A stretch of 64,000 bases of DNA, taken from Candidatus Latescibacterota bacterium (GTDB lineage Bacteria; Latescibacterota; UBA2968). Of the stretch, positions 49,350-58,497 are shown piece by piece. The stretch spans positions 5,696,001 through 5,760,000 of the forward strand of contig OZ242311.1 of assembly GCA_965207885.1 (NCBI GenBank). Reading direction: 5' to 3'. The number at the start of each line of letters is the position of its first letter. The stretch's first letter is position 1. The notes under the pieces are model-generated. The model made no database searches. It saw nothing but the letters and a program-made list of their open reading frames with translations, and had not been told where the DNA came from. Made by a program: the position numbers and the translations under genes.

Positions 49350-49455
49350 AAAAAACTCCATGCTCTGATGTTTCGCATTGTGTTTATAAAATTCAGTGGC
49401 TATTATAGGACGCGGTTGCGAAGTGTCAAGTATTTCGTTATCAGGAGTGTGTATT

Positions 49456-51081
49456 ATGAGCAAAGAATTGAAAGCAGTTTTTCATTTTTGGAAGCGTTTT
49501 GCACGTCAAAATGGCCTGAATCGCCGCGATTTAATCAAAGGCGTCGCCACCGCAAGTCTCGGTCTCGCAGCCGGAACCTTCGGCGCGCCACAGATCTACG
49601 GAAATTCAAACGTAGCGAAATCAAAACGACGCAATCGTATCCAACTCGAAAACGCCGAGCGTGGAACGCGCGACTGGTTGCTCACTAAGACCGACATCAC
49701 CGACATCGAACCGGTGGAGTTGTGGCGTTCCCCGCGAATCGAGGGCTACTGCTCCGAGACGAGCGTGAGCGCTGGCGACACGATCAAGATCATGGTGAGC
49801 ACGAATCCAGTGTCCCAGTTTGATCTGGAGATCTTCCGCACAGGCTATTACGGCGGAACCGGCGGTCGTTTCATGAAGCGCTTTGATTCTATACAGGGCA
49901 AAACCCAGGCCGATCCGTCGATAGGCGAAAACCGTCTGCGCGAATGCAAGTGGGAACCTACCGTAGAATTCGAGATTCCAGACGATTGGCTGAGCGGCGT
50001 CTATCTGGGCAAACTCACCGCGAAAGAAGGGGGCGTGCAAAGCTACGTCATATTTATTGTGCGCGATGATCGCCCCTGCGATTTGCTCTTCCAGTGCAGC
50101 GACATGACCTGGCAAGCCTACAACAGCTGGCCTACCAACGAGTGGTCTCTTTACCACAACGACAAAAATGGCTACACGGGACATAAGAAAAGGAAAAAGT
50201 GGAGCACCAACGCGAACGATACCGGGTGGGTGAGTTTTGACCGTCCCTACGCGCAGTTCTGCCAGGATCATCTTGTCAAGAATCCCAAGTCCGTGGGCAC
50301 GGGCGAATTTCTTCTTTGGGAATTCCCCCTCTCCTATTGGATAGAGCAGCAGGGCTACGATGTGTCGTATATCTCAAATGTGGATACGCACAGGCACGGT
50401 CCGAGATTACAACGCGCGAAAGGTTTTATCTCGGTAGGGCACGACGAGTATTGGACGCGGGAAATGTATGATAATGCCAGCGCGGCCCGAGACGCGGGCG
50501 TCAACCTTGCGTTCCTGAGTGGGAACTCCGTTTGGGGCGTTGTACCTTTGTTGCCCTCTGCCGAGGGGCAGCTCCACCGGATCATGCGACGCGAAGATAA
50601 GTTCCTTGGCGAGGAACTCAGCAACATGTTGAACAAGCGACGCGGCACCCCCGCCAAGTATCCAGCGGGACCGGACGCGAGGCTGCTCATGGGCGGACGA
50701 ACGGCCGGCATTGGCGGAGGTGACTGGACCTGCACCCAACCCAATCACTGGATCTATGATGGCACTGGCATGCAAAAAGGTGACACCATCGATGGACTAA
50801 TAGGCTGGGAATGGCATGGATCGCCTGCTCTCGAACTGCCTAACTTTGAAGTTCTGGCCGAGGGACCGATGCTACCGAAGAGGTACAGTCCTCATGCCGC
50901 TACGATCTACGATGGGCCAAAGAATAATGTCGTATTCAACGCCGGGACGATCTGGTGGGCACAAGGTTTGTCGTCGCCTCCCGGCCACGTATTGCCCGCA
51001 CATAGGCATGCCAAACCGAAAGGTCCGGACCCGCGCGTGCAGCGTATGATGGAGAATGTGTTTAATCGGTTTGTGAAGTAA
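49456..51081 (+). CDS. Tat-exported N,N-dimethylformamidase beta-subunit-like protein
   Basis: NRRDLIKG Tat motif, IEGY, SGVYLGKL, TWQAYN.W, VSFDRPY, SVGHDEYW, NLAFLSGN. Confidence 0.78.
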   Translation: MSKELKAVFHFWKRFARQNGLNRRDLIKGVATASLGLAAGTFGAPQIYGNSNVAKSKRRNRIQLENAERGTRDWLLTKTDITDIEPVELWRSPRIEGYCSETSVSAGDTIKIMVSTNPVSQFDLEIFRTGYYGGTGGRFMKRFDSIQGKTQADPSIGENRLRECKWEPTVEFEIPDDWLSGVYLGKLTAKEGGVQSYVIFIVRDDRPCDLLFQCSDMTWQAYNSWPTNEWSLYHNDKNGYTGHKKRKKWSTNANDTGWVSFDRPYAQFCQDHLVKNPKSVGTGEFLLWEFPLSYWIEQQGYDVSYISNVDTHRHGPRLQRAKGFISVGHDEYWTREMYDNASAARDAGVNLAFLSGNSVWGVVPLLPSAEGQLHRIMRREDKFLGEELSNMLNKRRGTPAKYPAGPDARLLMGGRTAGIGGGDWTCTQPNHWIYDGTGMQKGDTIDGLIGWEWHGSPALELPNFEVLAEGPMLPKRYSPHAATIYDGPKNNVVFNAGTIWWAQGLSSPPGHVLPAHRHAKPKGPDPRVQRMMENVFNRFVK

Positions 51082-51207
51082 GGTCCAACAATTACTGGGA
51101 TGTTATTGGCTAATGGATGCCAAAAATGTTTTGAGAGATTGCGTGAGAGACGATTTTAAGATAGATTATAAAAAATAAAATTCTGAAAGCACAACAAGAG
51201 ATTTAAA

Positions 51208-51897
51208 ATGTCGGATATAATATCTCCCGTAAACGACGAGAATACAGTACAGCTCGACCCCGAGTCCCTCGTGGCGCGTATCATAGCAGAGCTTCAAGCC
51301 AATCCCGAAGCTCAAAGTCTCTTGTTGCGTGCGTTGCTCACCAACGAATTTCTCGGTATGCCGGTACGCCTTGAACGTATCGAAGCCGATGTTGCAGAAC
51401 TCAAAGTGGATGTTGCCCAACTCAAAGTAGATGTTGCCCGACTCAAAACGGATGTCGCTCACCTCAAAGGCGACAGCCTTGAAGTGAAACTCCATCGCAG
51501 GATTCGCCCCTTGCTCAGCCAAAGGCTCAACCTGCGCCGCGCACAGGTCCTGCAAAGCCCCATCCAGGACACCCACGCTGAGTTGTATGAGCCAATCGAA
51601 GCAGCTTTTGACGAAGGTCGCATCACAGACGCGCAGGAAACCCGCATCCACGTAACTGACCTCATAATTCGCGCCCAGCGCAAAGCGGATCGCTCGCCGG
51701 TGTGGGTAGCAGTTGAAGTGTCCAACGAGATTCACCGACGCGACCTGGACCGGGTGCGTCAAACGGCCGATGCGTTGGGTGTGGTCTTCCAAACGTCTGT
51801 CCTCGCAGTCGTTGCAGGATATCACATTGCACCTCGGGATCAAGCGCGTGCCGAAGAGTCCGATGTTCACACTCTTCTCATTGCAGAGAATAACTAA
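51208..51897 (+). CDS. Hypothetical protein with heptad coiled-coil repeat and PD-(D/E)xK-like C-terminus
   Basis: VAELKVD/VAQLKVD/VARLKTD/VAHLKGD; TDLII...VAVEVS...DLDRV. Confidence 0.7.
   Translation: MSDIISPVNDENTVQLDPESLVARIIAELQANPEAQSLLLRALLTNEFLGMPVRLERIEADVAELKVDVAQLKVDVARLKTDVAHLKGDSLEVKLHRRIRPLLSQRLNLRRAQVLQSPIQDTHAELYEPIEAAFDEGRITDAQETRIHVTDLIIRAQRKADRSPVWVAVEVSNEIHRRDLDRVRQTADALGVVFQTSVLAVVAGYHIAPRDQARAEESDVHTLLIAENN
51388..51471 (+). repeat. Coding tandem repeat, 4 x 21 bp
   Basis: GATGTTGCAGAACTCAAAGTG / GATGTTGCCCAACTCAAAGTA / GATGTTGCCCGACTCAAAACG / GATGTCGCTCACCTCAAAGGC. Confidence 0.85.
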
Positions 51898-51941
51898 AAA
51901 GAACCTTTCAAATCCCGATTTCGTGATTGAATTAATAGCCA

Positions 51942-52142
51942 ATGAAACCGGAATACGATTTCTCCAGAGCCGAAAGAGGAAAATTTTACCGCAAGGGTGC
52001 TGAAATCCGGCTGCCAATTTACCTCGATGCAAAACTCCAGCACCGGCTTGAACAGGTCGCGAAAAAAAGAGGCAAAGATTTGGGCGAAGTAGTGAATCAA
52101 ATTTTGACAGAGGAAGTGGAACGCGTTGAAGCATTGCTCTGA
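51942..52142 (+). CDS. BrnA-like / RHH antitoxin (orphan)
   Basis: MKPEYDFSRAERGKFY..LPIYLD..VNQIL. Confidence 0.75.
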   Translation: MKPEYDFSRAERGKFYRKGAEIRLPIYLDAKLQHRLEQVAKKRGKDLGEVVNQILTEEVERVEALL

Positions 52143-52205
52143 TGAGAACAGGAATATCGAACTGAGGATAGCGACTGATGTACTCCACATATTGCAAAAT
52201 TTTAA

Positions 52206-52234
52206 ACCCCTGGAGAGATACACTCTTCAGGGGT
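52206..52234. terminator. Hairpin upstream of the CARF-activator gene
   Basis: ACCCCTGGAGAG-ATACA-CTCTTCAGGGGT. Confidence 0.45.
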
Positions 52235-52281
52235 AATTTCGATAGATTTGAATTACAAGCAATGTTACAAACATTCATAGA

Positions 52282-52309
52282 TTGAAACTTTAGAGGTACT
52301 GGTTATACT
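52282..52309 (+). promoter_or_regulatory. sigma70-like promoter of the CARF-activator gene
   Basis: TTGAAA-16nt-TATACT. Confidence 0.5.
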
Positions 52310-52324
52310 ACAAAAGTCAATGCA

Positions 52325-54031
52325 ATGTCTCAAAAGGATAATGATATGCAACACAAATTGGTCGCTGTAGTCGGCAACACACCGCAAGTTATGACAGAAA
52401 CGTTTTGGGCATTGTACGACGGCAAAGTGCCCATCGATGAAGTATATGTGATAACCACAACGGTAGGACAAAAAACCTGTCAGAAACGCCTTTTGGACGA
52501 AGGACGTTTTGAAAAGATGCTGTTGGATTACAATATCGCCCCTAACACCGTCGCATTCGGTCCCGATCATATCTATGTATTTGAAGACGCCGAAGGCAAT
52601 TTTTTAGACGATATTCGCACCTCAGAAGACAATCGCATTGCGCGAGATGGCATTTTTCAATTGATAGAAACACTGACGCATGACGATCAAGTGGCGTTGC
52701 ACTGCTCGCTTGCCGGTGGAAGAAAGTCTATGGGCTTTATACTGGGAGCAGCCATTCACTTTTTTGGGCGACCACAAGACCGACTTTATCACGTTCTGGT
52801 TTCTATGCCCGAGATTGAGAGAAGCGATGCATCCTATTATTATCCACCAGAGAAACCTGAACCGATTATGGTGTTTAATCGCAGTACAGGTCGAGAAGAA
52901 CCTCTAATTGTCAATGGTCAGAAAGTCATGAGCGATGCTGTGAGCATTGAGTTGGCGGACGTACCATTTTGTCGATTGCGCGATGTGGTGCAGTTTGTAG
53001 CACCCGGACAATACACCGAAGACACCCTGAGATTGACACAACAGGCAGTCAATGATTACGCAAAGCAGATGCGAGAGGCGTATATAGACCAGGTCGCATC
53101 GGGCGCAGAAGATGCGTTTCCAGAAATCATCGGTCAGAGTGACAGCATTCGGGATGTTAAGAATAGCATTAGACGATACGCGCCTTATAGTCATTCAGTA
53201 TTGATCACAGGTCCTACTGGATCTGGCAAAGACCTCGTTGCTGCTGCACTGCACAAAGCGAGTGATCGGACAGGGAAATATCGCCCAGAAAACTGCGCCA
53301 GATTGGGAGAATTGGCGGAAAGTCAATTGTTTGGTCATGAAAGGAATGCATTTACGGGCGCAAACAAGCAGTATCGAGGTTTGTTTGAACAAGCAAATAA
53401 TGGCACGCTCTTTCTCGATGAAATCAATTCGCTTCGCCCCGATATCCAAGGCATGCTTTTGCGGGTCATGGAAGATGGTGTGATAAGACGAATGGGTAGT
53501 GATAAAGCTATCCCGGTAAATGTGCGCCTTGTTGCCGCGACCAATGAAGATCTGGATACAGAGGAGAGCGGATTTCGAGGCGATCTTCTTGGCCGTTTTT
53601 CTTTAACCATTGCGTTGCCGCCGCTAAAAGACAGGCGGGAAGATATTCCATTACTTGTCCATCACTTTTTGAAAAGTTTTTCAGAAGAGTATGGAAAAAA
53701 TTTCGCGGGTTTTACGGAAGAAGCCATGCGCGCATTGCAGGCTTATGATTGGCCCTACAATGTCCGAGGGTTAAAGACTGCTATTGAACGGGCAGCTATT
53801 GTGACGCCAGAAGATCAATGGATTACGCCCGATGTGTTATTTGAGCAAAAGGATGCGGATATATTTCAGGGTTCGTTCGACGAGCAAGTGGCGCAATTAG
53901 AGAAAAAACTCATACAAGACGCGCTGGCGCAGAAGGGCAGTATTACACAAGCTGCTAAGATGTTAGGTATGGAGCGGTCAAAGCTGAGTAGAAGAGCTAA
54001 AAAATATGGCTTGACTGAGAAGGCGTCGTAA
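52325..54031 (+). CDS. CARF (Cas_NE0113/SSO2081-like)-sigma54 enhancer-binding AAA+-Fis HTH fusion regulator
   Basis: N-terminus VGNTPQVMTET, VITT, LDDIRTSEDN, LHCSLAGGRKSMG, QDRLYHVLV; centre GPTGSGKD, ESQLFGHERNAFTGA, TLFLDEI, RLVAATN, LPPLKDRREDI; C-terminus ITQAAKMLGMERSKLSRRAKKYG. Confidence 0.9.
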   Translation: MSQKDNDMQHKLVAVVGNTPQVMTETFWALYDGKVPIDEVYVITTTVGQKTCQKRLLDEGRFEKMLLDYNIAPNTVAFGPDHIYVFEDAEGNFLDDIRTSEDNRIARDGIFQLIETLTHDDQVALHCSLAGGRKSMGFILGAAIHFFGRPQDRLYHVLVSMPEIERSDASYYYPPEKPEPIMVFNRSTGREEPLIVNGQKVMSDAVSIELADVPFCRLRDVVQFVAPGQYTEDTLRLTQQAVNDYAKQMREAYIDQVASGAEDAFPEIIGQSDSIRDVKNSIRRYAPYSHSVLITGPTGSGKDLVAAALHKASDRTGKYRPENCARLGELAESQLFGHERNAFTGANKQYRGLFEQANNGTLFLDEINSLRPDIQGMLLRVMEDGVIRRMGSDKAIPVNVRLVAATNEDLDTEESGFRGDLLGRFSLTIALPPLKDRREDIPLLVHHFLKSFSEEYGKNFAGFTEEAMRALQAYDWPYNVRGLKTAIERAAIVTPEDQWITPDVLFEQKDADIFQGSFDEQVAQLEKKLIQDALAQKGSITQAAKMLGMERSKLSRRAKKYGLTEKAS

Positions 54032-54055
54032 GTATCACGGGTAAAAGGCGAGCAA

Positions 54056-54076
54056 AATTGCACATCGCGTGCAATT
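54056..54076. promoter_or_regulatory. Palindromic candidate upstream activator sequence
   Basis: AATTGCAC-ATCGC-GTGCAATT perfect 8-bp inverted repeat about 180 bp before the sigma54 box; related half-sites at 54069-54082 and about 54140-54153. Confidence 0.6.
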
Positions 54077-54251
54077 CTACACACTGGCCCGACATGCTGG
54101 TATGGTAGTGGTTTTCTCGTTTTTTATTTACCAAACGTGTGTATATTTGCACGATTGAACATATCGTTGTCCATTTCCTGTTTGAAAAAAATATCACACA
54201 ACCTGTTGTTTTTTTTGATCTCTGAGGAAATTCGGAGATTTTTTTTGTGTT

Positions 54252-54267
54252 TGGCACGCGATTTGCA
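54252..54267 (+). promoter_or_regulatory. sigma54 (RpoN) -24/-12 promoter of the cas operon
   Basis: TGGCACG-CGAT-TTGCA, exact match to TGGCACG-N4-TTGCW, 47 nt before the cas6 ATG. Confidence 0.88.
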
Positions 54268-54314
54268 GATACAATGAGAGCTATCGCAAAATTCCAGATA
54301 CAAAGGAGATACTG

Positions 54315-55286
54315 ATGTTTACACTCGAATTCGCGTATATGCGCCTGCATTTCAAGGCGCGAGAGCATTTGCGCCTGCCACCCTATAAAGGCTCCACATT
54401 TCGCGGGGCTTTTGGCGTGGCATTTAAGCGTGCGGTTTGTATTGTGCAACACGGCGAGTGCGAACGGTGCCTGGTTCGGACCCAGTGCGTGTATCCATAC
54501 ATATTTGACACACCTGTAGATAATGCACAGGGCATCTTCCGCGGGTATAGCGAGGCACCCCATCCCTATCTGATCGAACCCCCACTGGAGACCAAAACCG
54601 ATTACACACCGGGCGACGACTTTGCCATTGGTCTGACCCTGATAGGCCGGGTACTGAATTACATGCCCTATTTCATCTATACATTCCAGCGAATGGGAGA
54701 CACAGGTATTGGACGAGGACGCGGCAAATGCGATCTCATTTCAGGCGAAGCACTGCACGCGGATGGAACCTGGCAGGCGGTGTACGACGGAGCGAGCGAA
54801 GTGTTGCAACAAGATGTACCCCATCTGACCGCGCAAGATCTGATACACAACGAAATAGGATCTCGGATTCGCCTCTCATTTGTAACGCCCACACAACTCA
54901 AAGCAGACCGGATATTGCAGCGCGGATTGGATTTTTCCGTGCTCATACGCGGGCTATTGCGGCGGTATTCGGCATTGGCCGCATTTCACGCAGACGGACC
55001 GCCAGATATAAATTATGCCGACTACATCGCGGCGGCAGAGAATATTCAAACCACATCCCACAACTTGACCTGGCGCACATGGCAACGGTATTCAAACCGC
55101 CAGAACCGACGCATGAGCGTGAGTGGTTTTACGGGAGATGTGGTCTTTGAAGGCGACATGACACAATTCCACCCCCTGCTGGCTCTGGGTGTGCCGATGC
55201 ACGTTGGCAAATGGACCAGCTTTGGGATGGGACAATACAAGTTTTATCAATCCACAATCAACCGAATGGATGAACAACATGGGTAA
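54315..55286 (+). CDS. cas6: CRISPR pre-crRNA processing endoribonuclease Cas6
   Basis: GSTFRGAFG, CERC...C.Y, PHPYLIEPP, FVTP, HVGKWTSFGMG glycine loop; RBS AAGGAG. Confidence 0.92.
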   Translation: MFTLEFAYMRLHFKAREHLRLPPYKGSTFRGAFGVAFKRAVCIVQHGECERCLVRTQCVYPYIFDTPVDNAQGIFRGYSEAPHPYLIEPPLETKTDYTPGDDFAIGLTLIGRVLNYMPYFIYTFQRMGDTGIGRGRGKCDLISGEALHADGTWQAVYDGASEVLQQDVPHLTAQDLIHNEIGSRIRLSFVTPTQLKADRILQRGLDFSVLIRGLLRRYSALAAFHADGPPDINYADYIAAAENIQTTSHNLTWRTWQRYSNRQNRRMSVSGFTGDVVFEGDMTQFHPLLALGVPMHVGKWTSFGMGQYKFYQSTINRMDEQHG

Positions 55287-55629
55287 TCAAGCCAATCAAG
55301 GGTACGATAAATATTATTCTGAAGACAGCTTCTGGAAGAAGTTGCTCAACTTTGCACGCACCGCGGGCCGGGAAGTCGTCGAGAATGCTCTGTCGCTCTA
55401 CTACACTGCCCAGGCACCTGACACACCAACCTGGGCCAAAACGGTCATCACCGGGGCACTGGGGTACTTTATTCTTCCGGCCGATGCAATTCCCGACCTG
55501 ATTCCTGCTGTCGGTTACGGCGATGATCTGGGTGCGCTGGTCGCGGCACTTGCAGCCGTGGCGGCTCATGTGACACCTGAGATCAAAGCCCGCGCAAAAG
55601 AAAAAGCAGCCGAGTGGTTTGGTGAATAA
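55279..55629 (+). CDS. YkvA/DUF1232 family small membrane protein
   Basis: YSEDSFWKK, ALGYFILPADAIPDLIPAVGYGDDL. Confidence 0.85.
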   Translation: MGNQANQGYDKYYSEDSFWKKLLNFARTAGREVVENALSLYYTAQAPDTPTWAKTVITGALGYFILPADAIPDLIPAVGYGDDLGALVAALAAVAAHVTPEIKARAKEKAAEWFGE

Positions 55630-55648
55630 ATGGTATAGGAGATGTATC

Positions 55649-56788
55649 ATGCGCTTTGTTCTATCAACCATTGGTACAAGCATCTTGACAAATTTCATCG
55701 ATAAAACAAATTTTGGTGAAGCTAAATGGCAGGGTATGCTACGGGATTCGGCGAATCTCAAACCAGATGAATTATCGCATGAAACTACAGAAGTGATTGA
55801 AACACTCGTTGACCGGGCATTGACGCAACTCCTAAGAGATGATGTAGCTACCAATCGCCGGATTAGTGCCGAATTGAACGGTATCTATGGTATTTATGAA
55901 GGTCAATTGCCTCATAACAGTCGAGACCAGCACTATCTCATCTGCACTGACACTGCCCAGGGACAGAAGACGGGCAAACTGATTCAGGATTTTCTTGAAA
56001 ATAAAGGGTTTGTCGCAGGTATTGTTACGCCTGATAGACTTTCAACACAAGGCCCGGAATCTTTCACCACAGGTACAAAAGACCTTATCCGCTGGCTGGA
56101 GGAAAACGTGCCGTGGCGACGCGATGTGGGCTATCGCGTAATCTTCAATCTCGTTGGTGGCTTCAAAAGCCTACAAGGTTATATGAATACTTTCGGTGCT
56201 TTTTACGCCGATGAGGTCATTTATATATTTGAGGCACCAACTGCTGACTTAATCAAAATTCCGCGTCTGCCAATTCAGATTGATACAACCGTGATTCAAA
56301 ACCATCGGGTGCAATTTGCGATGATGGATGCTGAAAAACTGTATCCTGTTGAGGAACTCGAGGGGATTCCAGAAACACTGCTTGAATTTATAGAAGAGAA
56401 AGGCCAGACTTATGCGGGATTATCGGCGTGGGGCCAGTTGATCTGGAACCTCACGAAATCGGATTTATTGACAAAAAAACTATTGCATTTTCCACGATTG
56501 GGATATGGAAAAACTTTCAGGGATGACTTCGACAATCAGAATGATTCCAGGAAACGTCTTAAACTGCAAGAAACCCTGGCAAGGGTCTCATATCTACTTG
56601 AACAGAACAATGGCAACCGGGCACTGCTTATGCGAGATGGTGGACTGCAATTTGAAAAATTTACCAATAGAGAGAGTATTTACAAATTCCGCATTGATCG
56701 CACTATCCGCGTCAGTTGCTCGGTTTCTGAAGGTGGATTGATCCTTCGGCACTATGGACATAAAAATGTCGTGTACGAAAATCCATAA
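55649..56788 (+). CDS. cami1: CARF (APE2256/SSO1393-like)-RelE fusion, Cami1-like cOA-activated mRNA interferase
   Basis: STIGTSILTN, SAELNG, TDT..G, FNLVGGFKS, YIFE, LIKIPRLP; RelE-like tail GGLQFEKF...YKFRID..IRV...LRHYGH. Confidence 0.78.
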   Translation: MRFVLSTIGTSILTNFIDKTNFGEAKWQGMLRDSANLKPDELSHETTEVIETLVDRALTQLLRDDVATNRRISAELNGIYGIYEGQLPHNSRDQHYLICTDTAQGQKTGKLIQDFLENKGFVAGIVTPDRLSTQGPESFTTGTKDLIRWLEENVPWRRDVGYRVIFNLVGGFKSLQGYMNTFGAFYADEVIYIFEAPTADLIKIPRLPIQIDTTVIQNHRVQFAMMDAEKLYPVEELEGIPETLLEFIEEKGQTYAGLSAWGQLIWNLTKSDLLTKKLLHFPRLGYGKTFRDDFDNQNDSRKRLKLQETLARVSYLLEQNNGNRALLMRDGGLQFEKFTNRESIYKFRIDRTIRVSCSVSEGGLILRHYGHKNVVYENP

Positions 56789-56863
56789 AAAGGATAGAAA
56801 GACAATGGATTACCTACACATTATCATATTCTTATCGCTATATACAAAGGAGGTCTTCGCATC

Positions 56864-58483
56864 ATGGCCTGCGAATCGTTTGTCATCGTAATTGATACCC
56901 CTTCTATCAAGAGGTATGTATTTGGAACCGACCCCTTAAATGAGATACGAGGTGCGAGCGCACGTTTAGATTGGCTAAATCGAATCAAAATGGAAGAACT
57001 TTTGTGTGAACACCTCAGTAAGGCAGATGTAAAATCGATTTACGCCAATGGTGGTTCGGCACAGTTTTTAGTTCATGAGAGTGACAACCTCACTGTGAAT
57101 ATGGCCTGTACAAATATGGTTCGGTATATCCGCAATCAAACGGGTGGCGAAGTCCGGGCAGTTTATGGTATCGCACCGCTCAAAGACGAAGCTTCCTATC
57201 AAGAGGCGGTGCATAGGGCACATTTTCAGTTGCGCTGTCAACGCGAATTTGGGACCAGCTACCGCAGTGCGTCTTTAATACCGACCATGATGGAATGTCA
57301 ATCAGCCTCGCATCTGCCCGCGGCTCATATTGTGAATCGAGGCGCAGATGGTATAGGCATGTTATCTAAGGCGAGTTACCAAAAGGAACTGCGGGGGCAT
57401 GAAGCCCGCCGTCATGGACTCTGGGACGGATGGATGGATCACTTGAAAACCACGGGACCGTGGCCAGGAGAGGAGCAGTGGAATAAACTGCGGTGTAAGA
57501 GCATGACAGATATAGGTGACCACTCGTCATGGCGCAACTACATTGGCGTGGTTTATGCCGATGGAAATGCCATGGGACAAATTGTCCAAGCACTCAATCA
57601 TCCAGAGACATTCCGCCAATTTAGCGAAATTGTTGATAATAGCATTCGACAATCATGTTTCACCGCACTCAGCCAAATTTTCCAGACTGAAATCGAAAAC
57701 ATTCGGGAGGCTTTTGAACAAAACCGCCGCTTTGAACACCTTGCCGCCGATATTCTGCTCTTGGGAGGAGATGATTTGCTGGTGGCCGTACCAGCTAACT
57801 CTGCACTCGATTTCGCCTTGAAGGTCACAGAAGAATTTGAACGCTTGACACAAGAGAAAATTGCTGCCCTGAAAGACGCAGAATCTCGGCAGTTCTTCCG
57901 CGACCGACTTGGGGATCGGGGTTTCACAATTTCTTGCGGTGTTGCCATAGCAAAAAGCAACTATCCCTTTTACCTGTCATTGGATCTGGCCGAGCAATTG
58001 TTGAAAAATGCCAAACGGAAAGACAGCTATGGGGCACAACTCGAAACACCCGGTGAAGCTCGCATTGACTTTCATGTTGTGACTGGTGCGAATAGCCATG
58101 CCCTCAAAGAGGTTCGTGAAGAAACCTATCAGATAGCAAGCAATGCACGCCGCACGCTCAGACCCTTGTCTTGCCCCCAGTTGGAATTACTGCACAACAG
58201 TGTACAGAAACTACGCAACGTGAAATTTCCACATAGCAAATTGCACGAACTTCGAGAAGCAGCACTGGCAAAAACGGAGAATCAAGCCGACTGGCGCATT
58301 CGCGACATTTTCGTCCGGTGTCGGCATGATCGAAATAGCTCTGAACGTCGTGCATTGTGGCAAGCGGTGCATAACCTGTGCCCCCAGGGATATACGTTTG
58401 ATTTTCCCTGGTTCATAAAAAATGGCCAACGCCTTCTGTGTGTAGCGGACATAGTGGATATTTACAACTTATTCCGAAAATAG
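56864..58483 (+). CDS. cas10: Cas10 (short, no HD domain; intact GGDD palm)
   Basis: DTPSIKRYVF...EIRGAS, YANGGS, YADGNAMG, LLLGGDDL, ISCGVAI, AEQLLKNAK, IDF. Confidence 0.9.
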   Translation: MACESFVIVIDTPSIKRYVFGTDPLNEIRGASARLDWLNRIKMEELLCEHLSKADVKSIYANGGSAQFLVHESDNLTVNMACTNMVRYIRNQTGGEVRAVYGIAPLKDEASYQEAVHRAHFQLRCQREFGTSYRSASLIPTMMECQSASHLPAAHIVNRGADGIGMLSKASYQKELRGHEARRHGLWDGWMDHLKTTGPWPGEEQWNKLRCKSMTDIGDHSSWRNYIGVVYADGNAMGQIVQALNHPETFRQFSEIVDNSIRQSCFTALSQIFQTEIENIREAFEQNRRFEHLAADILLLGGDDLLVAVPANSALDFALKVTEEFERLTQEKIAALKDAESRQFFRDRLGDRGFTISCGVAIAKSNYPFYLSLDLAEQLLKNAKRKDSYGAQLETPGEARIDFHVVTGANSHALKEVREETYQIASNARRTLRPLSCPQLELLHNSVQKLRNVKFPHSKLHELREAALAKTENQADWRIRDIFVRCRHDRNSSERRALWQAVHNLCPQGYTFDFPWFIKNGQRLLCVADIVDIYNLFRK

Positions 58484-58497
58484 AGAGGAGTTTACCC

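Noticed and set aside
51388-51471. Possible CRISPR array near the cas genes
   Set aside because: Tandem 21-bp coding repeats without spacers; no repeat-spacer array was seen anywhere in the window
52325-54031. Calling the regulator rtcR or csm6
   Set aside because: No rtcA/rtcB nearby, the CARF motifs are NE0113-type, and there is no HEPN domain
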